Source: an uncultured Coriobacteriaceae bacterium | GTDB taxonomy: Bacteria; Actinomycetota; Coriobacteriia; Coriobacteriales; Atopobiaceae | Assembly: GCA_902803315.1 (NCBI GenBank) | Contig: CADCPM010000085.1 | Span: 35-64,034, forward strand | Reading direction: 5' to 3' | Length of the DNA stretch: 64,000 nucleotides | Shown here: piece by piece, positions 25,996 to 35,251 of the stretch | Numbering within the stretch: the stretch's first letter is position 1 | How the letters are laid out: each line of letters opens with the position of its first letter | The notes under the pieces: generated by a model | What the model saw: only the letters and a program-made list of their open reading frames with translations | Databases searched by the model: none | What the model was told of the DNA's origin: nothing | Translations under genes and position numbers: made by a program

Positions 25996-27099
25996 ATGCA
26001 AACCTATCTTGTTACCGGTGGCGCTGGTTTTATTGGCTCCAACTTCGTTCTTTATATGCTGCGCAAGCATGAGGACGTGAAGATAGTCAACGTGGATGCG
26101 CTTACCTATGCCGGCAACTTGGAGAACCTAAAGTCCGTGGAAAACGATCCGCGCTACACATTCGTACATGCCGACATTCGCGATGCCGAAGCAATTTCCG
26201 CGGCTCTTTTGGAGCATGACCCCGACTACGTAATCAACTTTGCGGCCGAAAGCCATGTGGATCGCTCCATTGCGGACCCAGGCATTTTTGCAGATACCAA
26301 CGTAATGGGCACCGTAAACATGCTCAACTGCTGTCGTGCTGCGTGGGACGATGGCAAGGGCGGCTTTGGTGATCATCGTTACCTGCAGGTAGGAACAGAC
26401 GAGGTGTACGGCACTCTGGCAATTCCTGAGGCGCTCAACGAGAACGGCAGCCCTGCCGATCCCGAGCACACCGATTACTTCCGCGAGGACACGCCGCTTT
26501 CACCTCATTCGCCCTACAGCGCGTCCAAGACATCCGCCGACCTGTTTGTTAAGGCATACCACGATACGTATGGCTTCCCCTCGGTAATCACCCGTTGCTC
26601 CAACAACTATGGTCCGTACCAGTTCCCCGAGAAGCTCATTCCGCTCATGATCAACAACGCGCTGCACCACAAGGAGCTTCCCGTGTATGGCGATGGCCTC
26701 AACGTGCGTGACTGGCTGTATGTGGACGATCACTGCAAGGCCATCGACATGGTGGCGCGCGAGGGGCGTCTGGGCGAAGTGTACAACGTGGGCGGTCACA
26801 ACGAGCGTGCCAACATCTACATCGTGAAGACCATCATCGCCGAGGTGGCAAAGGCTACGGGCGATGAGGCCATAACCGAGGACCTTATCCACTACGTGCA
26901 GGATAGGGCGGGTCACGATCGCCGCTATGGCATGGCACCCGACAAGATAAAGGCCGAGCTGGGCTGGTATCCCGAGACTCCCTACGAAGAGGGCATCGTG
27001 AAGACCATCCGTTGGTATCTGGACAATCCCGAGTGGGTTGCCAACGTTACGAGTGGTGCCTATGCGGACTATTACGATCGCATGTATGCAGGAAAATAG
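25996..27099 (+). CDS. rfbB: dTDP-glucose 4,6-dehydratase.
   Basis: 'MQTYLVTGGAGFIGSNFV', 'NFAAESHVDRSI', 'SPYSASKTSADLFV', 'RCSNNYGPYQFPEKLIPL', 'YGDGLNVRDWLYVDDH'. Confidence 0.95.
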   Translation: MQTYLVTGGAGFIGSNFVLYMLRKHEDVKIVNVDALTYAGNLENLKSVENDPRYTFVHADIRDAEAISAALLEHDPDYVINFAAESHVDRSIADPGIFADTNVMGTVNMLNCCRAAWDDGKGGFGDHRYLQVGTDEVYGTLAIPEALNENGSPADPEHTDYFREDTPLSPHSPYSASKTSADLFVKAYHDTYGFPSVITRCSNNYGPYQFPEKLIPLMINNALHHKELPVYGDGLNVRDWLYVDDHCKAIDMVAREGRLGEVYNVGGHNERANIYIVKTIIAEVAKATGDEAITEDLIHYVQDRAGHDRRYGMAPDKIKAELGWYPETPYEEGIVKTIRWYLDNPEWVANVTSGAYADYYDRMYAGK

Positions 27100-27124
27100 C
27101 TGACGGTATGCATTCTGGCCTTCG

Positions 27125-28990
27125 TTGGAGATGGGTGTTGCTATGAGTTCGCAGAGTGCCGAGAAGTCGAATTCGGGCGTAGGTATTGTTGGTCGCATAC
27201 GCACGTCGGCGCCAGTGCAAATGGCACGCGAACATCCGGCGATCTCGCTCTGCGTTGTTCTGCTTACGGGCATTCGCGTGCTGCTCGCATGCAGGACGCC
27301 ACTTATCTCGAGCATGGGATCCTTGTACGACGATAGGCTTCTGCTGCAATACGCATACGACATCGCACAAGGCAATTGGCTTGGCGCCTACAGTAACCTT
27401 GCCCTCACCAAGAACCCCGGATACGGACTCTTCATCGCCGCCTGCTATTTGCTTCACATACCATATCAGCTTGCCTATATAGCCTTGTATGCGGTGGCCT
27501 GCGTTGTGTGCTGTCTGGCCATAAGAACGTTTATTCCATCGCGAACAATACGATCGGTTCTGTTTGTTGCCCTGCTGTATGCTCCCGCCTTCTTTACGCT
27601 TGACTACTTCCAGCGGATGTATCGCATGGGAATCGTGTTGCCTCTAACCATGCTCATCTTCGCTTCGTATATAGGTCTGTATTTGCGGAGCGACAAGCCG
27701 TTGCGATCGGTGCTTCCCTGGGCTCTATGTGCAGGACTTAGCCTGCTTGGTTTGTGGGTTTCCACCGAGAGCGCGATGTGGGTTGTGCCTTTTGTCGCCG
27801 TTTGTTCTCTTGTTGTGCTGGGCGAAAGGGTGGTAGTAAGACACAAGTCTCAGAGGACGTGGCTGTGGCTCTGCGGCTGGGCCGTAATGCTTGTGCTTCC
27901 TATTGCTCTGCTGGTAGCGGGTACCTCTGCCATAAGGGCAACGAACAATAGGACCTACGGGGTGTCGGTGCTCAACGATCGCTACCAAGGCGGGTTTTCT
28001 AGGGCTACAGCTGCAATGATGAGCATAGAGGCAGGAGAGAGGCCCGAGCTCGTGTGGCTGTCCAACGCCGCACTCGAAAAGGCCATTGAGATGAGCCCTA
28101 CGCTTCGGTCCCAGCAAGACCCCATAAAGAAGACCTGGGATGATCAACGCCTGAAGTTCGCCCTCAAGGAGATAACGGGTGACCTTTCGTACTGGAATCT
28201 GCGCCAAGGCTATGCCAATGCCGGGGGCTATGTAGATGCGCGCGAAACAGATGCATTCTGGAACGCCGTTGCAGACGAGTTGGAAGACGCATATTCCGAC
28301 GGTCGGCTTACGAAAAGGGTGGGGCTTTATATTTCCCCGGCCACCGATCCCATTCCTTGGAATCGCATTCCTGTCCAAATGTTTAGGACGGTGAAGCAGA
28401 TTGCGAAGCTCTGCGTGCATAAGCCAATGACCAGCCAGATCATCGCTTCGAGCAAAGACCCCGCTGCTGGAACTGGCACTTTGGAAGATCAGCAAATGGC
28501 AACTGAGCTTGCGGGTGGCAACGTGCTCATGGGTGAGACGCCGGAAGGTGGGACTTCGGAGGCAGAGCAAAAGAACACAGTGGTCAATCCAGAGACGCTA
28601 AGTGCGGATGCGCTTGCGTTGGACATGGACCACTATATTGGAGCCATTGGCTCTCGCATTGGTATATTGCTGGCGTGTGGGTTGGTGGTAGCCCTTCCAT
28701 ATGCTCTGTACCTTGTCTTTAGGAACCGAGAAGACGATCGGTGGAGGCTCGTGCTCGTTTTGGCCGCTTTATTGCTAAGCGGATTCTTGCTGGTGTTCTC
28801 GGTCGTCTGGGCTATGGGCTTTGCGTGGGCGGGTTCGCATCGCATGCACGATTGGGCCGTCTTCTCGTACTGCGCTCCCTTCTATGGATTGCTCATGATG
28901 ATCGAATGCATAGTCTACGGAAAGCTTGTGACCCTTTTTGCCCGCTCAAGACACAGAGGGGCCAGCGACAGCCCTACGAAAGGAGCGTAG
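27125..28990 (+). CDS. Large polytopic membrane protein with a ~270-aa extracytoplasmic domain (GT-C/PMT-like candidate).
   Basis: 621-aa ORF with an N-terminal block of about 8 TM segments ('NPGYGLFIAACYLL', 'LLYAPAFFTLDYFQRMY'), a soluble region at aa 270-520, and 3 C-terminal TM segments. The start is ambiguous (TTG 27125, ATG 27131 or ATG 27143). Confidence 0.6.
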   Translation: MEMGVAMSSQSAEKSNSGVGIVGRIRTSAPVQMAREHPAISLCVVLLTGIRVLLACRTPLISSMGSLYDDRLLLQYAYDIAQGNWLGAYSNLALTKNPGYGLFIAACYLLHIPYQLAYIALYAVACVVCCLAIRTFIPSRTIRSVLFVALLYAPAFFTLDYFQRMYRMGIVLPLTMLIFASYIGLYLRSDKPLRSVLPWALCAGLSLLGLWVSTESAMWVVPFVAVCSLVVLGERVVVRHKSQRTWLWLCGWAVMLVLPIALLVAGTSAIRATNNRTYGVSVLNDRYQGGFSRATAAMMSIEAGERPELVWLSNAALEKAIEMSPTLRSQQDPIKKTWDDQRLKFALKEITGDLSYWNLRQGYANAGGYVDARETDAFWNAVADELEDAYSDGRLTKRVGLYISPATDPIPWNRIPVQMFRTVKQIAKLCVHKPMTSQIIASSKDPAAGTGTLEDQQMATELAGGNVLMGETPEGGTSEAEQKNTVVNPETLSADALALDMDHYIGAIGSRIGILLACGLVVALPYALYLVFRNREDDRWRLVLVLAALLLSGFLLVFSVVWAMGFAWAGSHRMHDWAVFSYCAPFYGLLMMIECIVYGKLVTLFARSRHRGASDSPTKGA

Positions 28991-29954
28991 GGAGCGACAA
29001 AGAGAACGCGCGTGGGAACCGCGCAAAGAGATAGCCGCGCGTACGCATTTCTCTTGACGAAACATGCGGAGCGACGATGCGATAGAGCATACGATACGTT
29101 GCCTGCGCATCGCGAACGATTTCGTCATCTTTGCCCGTTTTCGCAGCACGCTGCGCGACGGCAATCGCGCCGATTGTCCTAAGCAACGCGCTGCTGGCCC
29201 ATTCGTACTGGTCATTGCCAATAAAGTACCGGCATTTGTAGAAGTTGCTCTCTGCTTGCTCGATAAGCCGCACGCCTTGGTCGGTTCCCATGATGCTTCC
29301 CGAGCGCTGCAAATAGAAGTACAGGACGTCCGAGATGGCTACGATGCGATTGCAGCGAGAGATAACATCACAAAGTATGTACTCGTCCTCATAGAGCCTT
29401 CCCTCCGCATAGCGTAGCGTTGAGAAGATACTGCTCTTATAAAGCTTGTTCCAAGCAACGACTGCGGCGCTTGCCCCTTTGGGCACTGAACTCGAGCCAC
29501 CAACGAAATAGCGCCCCCAAAAGTCCTCCGTAGACATGACTCCAGGATCGAGTGAGATGGTGTCAAGCCTTTGATGGCTCTCGTCCACAAGGTTAAACGC
29601 ACAGAGCGCCAAGTCGGCGTCTGAGTCCGTTATGGCGCTGTGCAAGGTCTCGATGTAGTGAGAATCTACGTAGTCGTCGCTGTCCACAAAAGCGATATAG
29701 ACGCCCCCCGCCACGTCTAAGCCAGCATTTCTCGCCGAGGACAAGCCTCCGTTTGGCTTGTGGATAGCCCGAACGCGTTCGTTGTTTTTTGCATAGCAAT
29801 CGCAGAGACCGGAGGAACGATCGGTTGACCCATCATCGACGAGGATGATTTCGAGATTGGTATACGTCTGCGTTAAAAGGCTGTCCACGCAAGTGGGGAG
29901 GTAACGTTCGACGTTGTATACCGGAACGACAATCGAGACGAGGTCCTGTGCCAT
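28974..29954 (-). CDS. Family 2 glycosyltransferase.
   Basis: 'LVSIVVPVYNVERYLPTCVDSLLTQTYTNLEIILVDDGSTDRS', 'FVDSDDYV'. The ORF extends to 29972; ATG 29954 (MAQDL..) is preferred. Its 3' end overlaps the convergent gene by 17 nt. Confidence 0.85.
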   Translation of the reverse strand: MAQDLVSIVVPVYNVERYLPTCVDSLLTQTYTNLEIILVDDGSTDRSSGLCDCYAKNNERVRAIHKPNGGLSSARNAGLDVAGGVYIAFVDSDDYVDSHYIETLHSAITDSDADLALCAFNLVDESHQRLDTISLDPGVMSTEDFWGRYFVGGSSSVPKGASAAVVAWNKLYKSSIFSTLRYAEGRLYEDEYILCDVISRCNRIVAISDVLYFYLQRSGSIMGTDQGVRLIEQAESNFYKCRYFIGNDQYEWASSALLRTIGAIAVAQRAAKTGKDDEIVRDAQATYRMLYRIVAPHVSSREMRTRGYLFARFPRAFSLSLPTLLS

Positions 29955-30087
29955 GTGTGCACTCCAAACCATGCGGGCGTTACTGGGCTCTGCATGCTAG
30001 TATAATCCACGACAAACCATGTGGTGCAGGCACGGGAGGATACGAACGGCAGCGAATGCAAGAAGCCATAGAGGGGAAGGGGCGCGA

Positions 30088-31290
30088 TTGCTGGCCAACA
30101 CCATAGTGTCTTTGGCTCTGAAGACCGTAAAATACGTTTCCCTGAGCATGATGCGCCGTCTTCCAGTTGCAGACAAGACGGTGGTGTTCAACAACTTCAA
30201 TGGACGTGGGTTTGGGGACAACCCGAAGTACATTGCGGCCGAACTTGCGGACTCCGACCTCAAGCTCGTGTGGCTGTCGTCAGAGGAAACGATGAGGAGC
30301 GAGTTCCCCTCCTATGTGGTGCCGGTGCGTATGGATAGGCCGCGAGGCTGGTATCACCTGTGCACGGCTCGGGTTTTGGTAAGCAATGTGCGCAACTTGC
30401 CCGACTATCGCAAGCGAAAGGGCCAGTTCTACCTGCAGACTTGGCATGGTGTCATGTGGTTCAAGCGCGTGGAAAAAGACGCCGAACCGCTCCTTGGCAG
30501 GGAATACGTTGAGCGCGCAAAGCTCGACGGAAAGATGTGCGATCTGTTTATTGCTAACAACGCCTCCGACGAGGAGCTCTTCCATACGTCGTTTTGGTAT
30601 GACGGTCCCGTTATGAGGTGCGGCACACCGCGTTTGGCGCCGGTGGTACGACGCGACCCTGCGCAAAGGGAGCGTGTGCTCAAGGCATTGGGCGTTCCCA
30701 CACACTGCAAAACGGTGCTCTTTGCCCCAACGTTTAGGGATCAAAACACGTCGTACGTGCCGCCGCTGGATACGACGCGTCTTATTGACGCGCTGCAGGA
30801 TGCCTTCTGCGGCGAATTCGTGTGCCTGTTGCGCCTTCATCCCAACGTTCCTGCGGGAAGCTTTCCCCTTGCGGAGCGGGTGGTCGATGCGAGCTCCATA
30901 GGCGACATCCAAGAGGTCCTTGCGGTTGCGGACGTGCTCGTTACGGATTACTCGAGCATATGCTTTGACTACGTTATGGGCGTTCCCCGGCCGGTGTATA
31001 TGTTCATTCCAGATATGGACGACTACCTGTCGAGTGCCAGAAAGCCGTATCACGACCTGTCGGAGTGTCCCTTTAGTATCACACAGACCATGGACGAACT
31101 CTGCGAAGCCGTAAGGTCCACCAATCTTGAGGAATTGCAAAGGCGTTACCGTGGATTCCTTGCCGAATACGGTTTTGAGGACGATGGCAATGGCGCTCAG
31201 GACGTGGCCGCGTTGCTCGTGGACGTGTGTGAGGGACGAGAAGACATTGACCAGCTCAGCGTGAGTTACAAGGAAAAGAGAGAACGATAG
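30088..31290 (+). CDS. CDP-glycerol glycerophosphotransferase (TagB/TagF family).
   Basis: 'GDNPKYIAAEL', 'YLQTWHG', 'VLFAPTFRD', 'VLVTDYSSICFDY'. The start is uncertain: TTG 30088 after GGGGAAGGGG, or ATG 30148. Confidence 0.85.
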   Translation: MLANTIVSLALKTVKYVSLSMMRRLPVADKTVVFNNFNGRGFGDNPKYIAAELADSDLKLVWLSSEETMRSEFPSYVVPVRMDRPRGWYHLCTARVLVSNVRNLPDYRKRKGQFYLQTWHGVMWFKRVEKDAEPLLGREYVERAKLDGKMCDLFIANNASDEELFHTSFWYDGPVMRCGTPRLAPVVRRDPAQRERVLKALGVPTHCKTVLFAPTFRDQNTSYVPPLDTTRLIDALQDAFCGEFVCLLRLHPNVPAGSFPLAERVVDASSIGDIQEVLAVADVLVTDYSSICFDYVMGVPRPVYMFIPDMDDYLSSARKPYHDLSECPFSITQTMDELCEAVRSTNLEELQRRYRGFLAEYGFEDDGNGAQDVAALLVDVCEGREDIDQLSVSYKEKRER

Positions 31291-31291
31291 A

Positions 31292-31720
31292 ATGAGTACT
31301 CAGTTCAAGCGAGTTATTACTTACGGAACGTTTGACCTTTTGCACTATGGGCACATAAATCTGCTGCGCCGTGCTCGAGAGCTCGGCGACTACCTTGTTG
31401 TTGCCCTTTCCACGGATGAGTTCAATCTGCAAAAGGGTAAGAAATGCTACTTCTCCTATGAGGAGCGCAAGCAGCTTGTTGAGGCTGTTCGCTATGTTGA
31501 CCTTGTTATACCCGAGCAAACATGGGAACAGAAGGCAACCGATGTTCATGAGCTGGGAATATCGACGTTTGTGATGGGTGACGACTGGAAGGGGGAGTTC
31601 GACTTCCTTCGGGAGGAGGGAGTTGAAGTCGTATACCTTCCCAGAACGCCCGAGATTAGCACCACGCAGATTAAGACTGACCTTGGGCTTGACCGCGACG
31701 CTCAGCAAGCTTCTGAGTGA
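31292..31720 (+). CDS. tagD: Glycerol-3-phosphate cytidylyltransferase.
   Basis: 'RVITYGTFDLLHYGHINLLRRARELGDYLVVALSTDEFN' (HxGH), 'RTPEISTTQIK'. Confidence 0.9.
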   Translation: MSTQFKRVITYGTFDLLHYGHINLLRRARELGDYLVVALSTDEFNLQKGKKCYFSYEERKQLVEAVRYVDLVIPEQTWEQKATDVHELGISTFVMGDDWKGEFDFLREEGVEVVYLPRTPEISTTQIKTDLGLDRDAQQASE

Positions 31721-33152
31721 CGGAGCGAACCAGATACTTGTATGACTCGATGCCTAAGAGCTTGGATAGTCCAACGTATATTGCAAAGCCAAGGGCCGCC
31801 TTTACTATGAGCCTAACCAAGACGATTGGGATGGGCAGTGGAATAAAGTATATAGCCGCGGCCATGGCGAGCGCGCATCCTATTGAGGGCAGGATGTCGA
31901 GCAGCTGCGTATGGATGTCGTAATCAAGGTGACGCTTGAGCTGGAACACGTTTACTATCGTGCCATACAAATCGTAGAGGGCCATGGTAATCGCGATGGC
32001 CATGGTGCCCCGATACACGCCAACAATAAGCAAGAGCACGTACACCGGCTTCTTGATAAACTCAAGGCGGAGCACAATGTCGCTGCGACCGATTGCCTTG
32101 AGTGCCTGGAGCGGAATGACGCCGAGTACGCCAATGGTTAGACCTGCAGAGAGGATCTGCAAATACGGCACGCATTCAAGCCACTTTTCGGTGAAGAGAA
32201 GCAATACGATATCTGATGCTGCTGCCGCCATACCCAAAAGAAGCGGTGCGGTTACATACGACATGACTTGCACGCAGCGACGGCAGATTTGCCTAACCGC
32301 CCCAACGTCATCCCCCTCGTTGGACATGATGGGGAAGAGCACGCCCATAACTGCCGACCCCAAGTTTTGGGTTATGAGTTGCGGAAGCTGCTGACCCTTG
32401 TTGTAGAACGCCAGGTCTGCGGGCGTGTAGAACTTGCCAACGATAAGGGACCTCAGCTGTCCAAAAAACGTTCCGCTCAGGTCGGCTGCGAGCACTTTCC
32501 ATCCGTAGCTCATAAGCGGTTTGGCGGCCGACCACGAAAAGAGCAGGCGTGGTCGCCAGGGAACGGTAATGAACAGGACTATGGCATCCATAATGGTGTC
32601 GGCAAAGTATTGCGCGATGAGTGCCCATACGCCAAAGCCTGCCATTGCCATCGCTATTCCAATAACGCCCGAGGCAAGTGTGCCGACCAAAGAGGACCAG
32701 AAGAATCGCTTGAAGAGCAAATGGCGTGAGACATACGCGTGCTGGATCGCCCCAAAGGCGCTCAGGGGAATCCTCAGCGCAAATACCCTGAGGATGAGGC
32801 AAAGGGATGGTTGGGCGTAGAAGTTGGCAATAAAGGGCGCGCAAATGAACAGGATTGCGTAGAGGATGCACGAACAGGCGAGGCTGCAATAGAACATGGT
32901 CGAGAAGTCCAGCTCATCCGCGTCCTTCTTCTGAATGAGCGCGGTGGCAAATCCGCTCGATACGAACGTATTTGCGAGCGTGATGAACACGAGCACCATG
33001 GCAATGATGCCGTAGTCGCTTGGCGACAGGAGGCGCGAGAGCACCACCGAGACAACAAACGAGACGATTTGCGTGGCCATCTTCTCGCTGAACATCCACG
33101 CAAAACCCGAAACGACAGCGGTTCTTCTATCTGTTTGGCTCGAATCGGCCAT
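31671..33152 (-). CDS. Wzx-type oligosaccharide flippase (MOP/polysaccharide biosynthesis protein family).
   Basis: About 14 TM segments. 'FAWMFSEKMATQIVSFVVSVVLSRLLSPSDYGIIAMVLVFITLANTFVSSGFATALIQKK' is a typical Wzx N-terminus. The ORF extends to 33164. Confidence 0.85.
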   Translation of the reverse strand: MADSSQTDRRTAVVSGFAWMFSEKMATQIVSFVVSVVLSRLLSPSDYGIIAMVLVFITLANTFVSSGFATALIQKKDADELDFSTMFYCSLACSCILYAILFICAPFIANFYAQPSLCLILRVFALRIPLSAFGAIQHAYVSRHLLFKRFFWSSLVGTLASGVIGIAMAMAGFGVWALIAQYFADTIMDAIVLFITVPWRPRLLFSWSAAKPLMSYGWKVLAADLSGTFFGQLRSLIVGKFYTPADLAFYNKGQQLPQLITQNLGSAVMGVLFPIMSNEGDDVGAVRQICRRCVQVMSYVTAPLLLGMAAAASDIVLLLFTEKWLECVPYLQILSAGLTIGVLGVIPLQALKAIGRSDIVLRLEFIKKPVYVLLLIVGVYRGTMAIAITMALYDLYGTIVNVFQLKRHLDYDIHTQLLDILPSIGCALAMAAAIYFIPLPIPIVLVRLIVKAALGFAIYVGLSKLLGIESYKYLVRSVTQKLAERRGQAQGQS

Positions 33153-33192
33153 GTGCAATCCCAACTATACGTCTGAAAGGAAAAGGTTGTTG

Positions 33193-34104
33193 CTAATCGC
33201 GCCAGTACGCGTCCATGTTCTCCTGGGTTTTCTCAACCTGACGCTTGTACACGTCGTAGTCCTTCGCAACGTGCCCTATATCCCATGCCATAAGCCCGTA
33301 ATCGGCAAGGTCGGCTGCCATGGCCGTTGCCGTCATTCCAAGCACAAGGCATATGAGCGAGTCCTTTGAGGACTGCGCACGTACCTGCTCCACGAGGGTG
33401 TCGTATGCCTCGAACGCGTTCCGCTTGGGGCCATGTATTATGCGCTTGGATGCGGCGCGTTCGAAGACGTCTGCTTCCAGCTGCTCCAGTACGCCCTCTC
33501 CCGCAACCAGAACCAGGTCCTTCCCCTCGAAGAGACGAAGGATTCTTTCGTAGTGGCCCTCGTAGTCAAACTCATCGCCGAACCTAAAGTATGCGCCAAA
33601 GCAGCTCGCGTCCAAGTAACGAGCGTCAGGGTCGCACTCTCTGATGAAGAAGCGCCGTAGCTTTGTGCCGTGAATCCGATAGTACTTATGGTTTCGCTCT
33701 GCGTAGCCAAAGGGAGATTGGAAGTACGAGCGATTGAGCCCGACGTATAGGTCGTCACGCCGCTCGTTCAGGATGGCCTTCATCTTTTGGGCGAGTCGGG
33801 GGTCATAGGTTTGGAAAACCCCATTCTTTCCTTGGATTATAGCAATCTCGCCGTCGCCAAAGCGCGCAAAGCTCTTGGGCTCGTTCTGAAGTGTGTCGAT
33901 GGTTTCCCTTGCGTCTGCAATGCTGAGTCTGGGAAGAATCGCCTGGTCTTCTTCGAATTCGTACATCGCGTCCTCAATGGTCTCGTCTTTGATCTGATAG
34001 AGAACGTCGGGGATTTCGTGATCCATGAGGAAGCAGACGTTCCGGGCAAAACGAGCGGGATGCCAGTGGGCTTTTACAGCGCGGAAAAATTGCAGTGGAG
34101 TCAT
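33193..34104 (-). CDS. DUF1792 / GT-D fold glycosyltransferase (SP_1767 family-like).
   Basis: 'SFARFGDGEIAIIQGKNGVFQTYDPRLAQKMKAIL' is the hallmark RFGDGE motif. The ORF extends to 34197, but ATG 34104 leaves a realistic divergent promoter region. Confidence 0.6.
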   Translation of the reverse strand: MTPLQFFRAVKAHWHPARFARNVCFLMDHEIPDVLYQIKDETIEDAMYEFEEDQAILPRLSIADARETIDTLQNEPKSFARFGDGEIAIIQGKNGVFQTYDPRLAQKMKAILNERRDDLYVGLNRSYFQSPFGYAERNHKYYRIHGTKLRRFFIRECDPDARYLDASCFGAYFRFGDEFDYEGHYERILRLFEGKDLVLVAGEGVLEQLEADVFERAASKRIIHGPKRNAFEAYDTLVEQVRAQSSKDSLICLVLGMTATAMAADLADYGLMAWDIGHVAKDYDVYKRQVEKTQENMDAYWRD

Positions 34105-34218
34105 GGTGCGGCTCACTTCCGATAGGAAACAATCATACAGAATATATCCTAAGCCCTTCTGGTGTAAGATGGGGCTGCGCCGAGCGTGGTCGCTCAATTT
34201 ACAAAAAAGGAGTGCGCA

Positions 34219-35190
34219 ATGAGGATGTCTGGGTTGAAGTCATTTATAACGTTCTACAGCGCATCCAGAAGGCGGATGCCCCTCACGCTGTGGCTGCACG
34301 AAAAGAGAAAAGACGGATCGGATGGCATAGTCTATCGAACCATCGCGATCGTTCCCGCACTTGTCTATGGAGTTGCGCGAAACGTCTTTGGCAGAAAGGC
34401 ACCTCGCAAGGTAGAGCACGATATTGCGATGGTCACCATCATTAAAAACGAGGGCCGCTACATTAAGGAATGGGTTGACTACCATCGCCTTTTGGGAATC
34501 AATCGCTTTTACTTGTACGACAACGAGAGTACCGACGACACGCGAGAAATACTCGCCCCCTATGTTCACGACGGAACGGTGGTATTAAGGGATATAGCAG
34601 GCTCTGCGCGGCAGCTAGACGCCTATAACGACGCATTGAGCCGATATGGAAAGTCTTGCAAGTACATGGCGTTCGTTGACGCAGACGAGTTCTTCGTCGT
34701 GGATGACGTGCCGTTGGTTGATTTTTTGGATGCCAAGCTAAAGGGCTCAGCTGGGGGCCTCGCCTTCAATTGGATGATCTTCGGCTCCTCTGGAAGAACT
34801 AGGAGGGAAGAGGGATTGGTAATAGAGCGCTTTACCAGGCGCGCAGACTATACGGATTCCAAGAACAAACACGTGAAGCAAGTCGTTCGGCCACATACCG
34901 CCCTCGCCATGTGCAACCCGCATTTTTGCCGCTACCTGTGGGGCTACCATGCAATTGACATATGGGGCCGCCCCATTCAGGAGTCCTTTACAGACGAGCT
35001 TCCGGGCATTCCTCTTCCACGGCTCAACCACTACTTCACCAAGTCCTTTGAGGAGTTTAAGGAAAAGCGAGCTCGCGGCTGCGCGGACGAGCATGAGGAC
35101 AGGTCTCTTGACGAGTTCTACGACCACGATTGTAACGATGTGGTGGATACGGGCCTTCTAAAATACGCAGAGAAGATTGCCGCAATGTGA
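34219..35190 (+). CDS. Glycosyltransferase family 92-like (DUF23 / Glyco_tranf_2_4-like).
   Basis: The ATG at 34219 follows AAGGAG. Motifs: 'IAMVTIIKNEGRYIKEWVDYHRLLGINRFYLYDNESTDDT', 'MAFVDADEF'. Confidence 0.65.
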   Translation: MRMSGLKSFITFYSASRRRMPLTLWLHEKRKDGSDGIVYRTIAIVPALVYGVARNVFGRKAPRKVEHDIAMVTIIKNEGRYIKEWVDYHRLLGINRFYLYDNESTDDTREILAPYVHDGTVVLRDIAGSARQLDAYNDALSRYGKSCKYMAFVDADEFFVVDDVPLVDFLDAKLKGSAGGLAFNWMIFGSSGRTRREEGLVIERFTRRADYTDSKNKHVKQVVRPHTALAMCNPHFCRYLWGYHAIDIWGRPIQESFTDELPGIPLPRLNHYFTKSFEEFKEKRARGCADEHEDRSLDEFYDHDCNDVVDTGLLKYAEKIAAM

Positions 35191-35251
35191 GAGCCCGCCC
35201 AACGGAGTGCGAGTGGACAGGCGAGCATCGCGTGACGCGGTGAGCGTTGGC

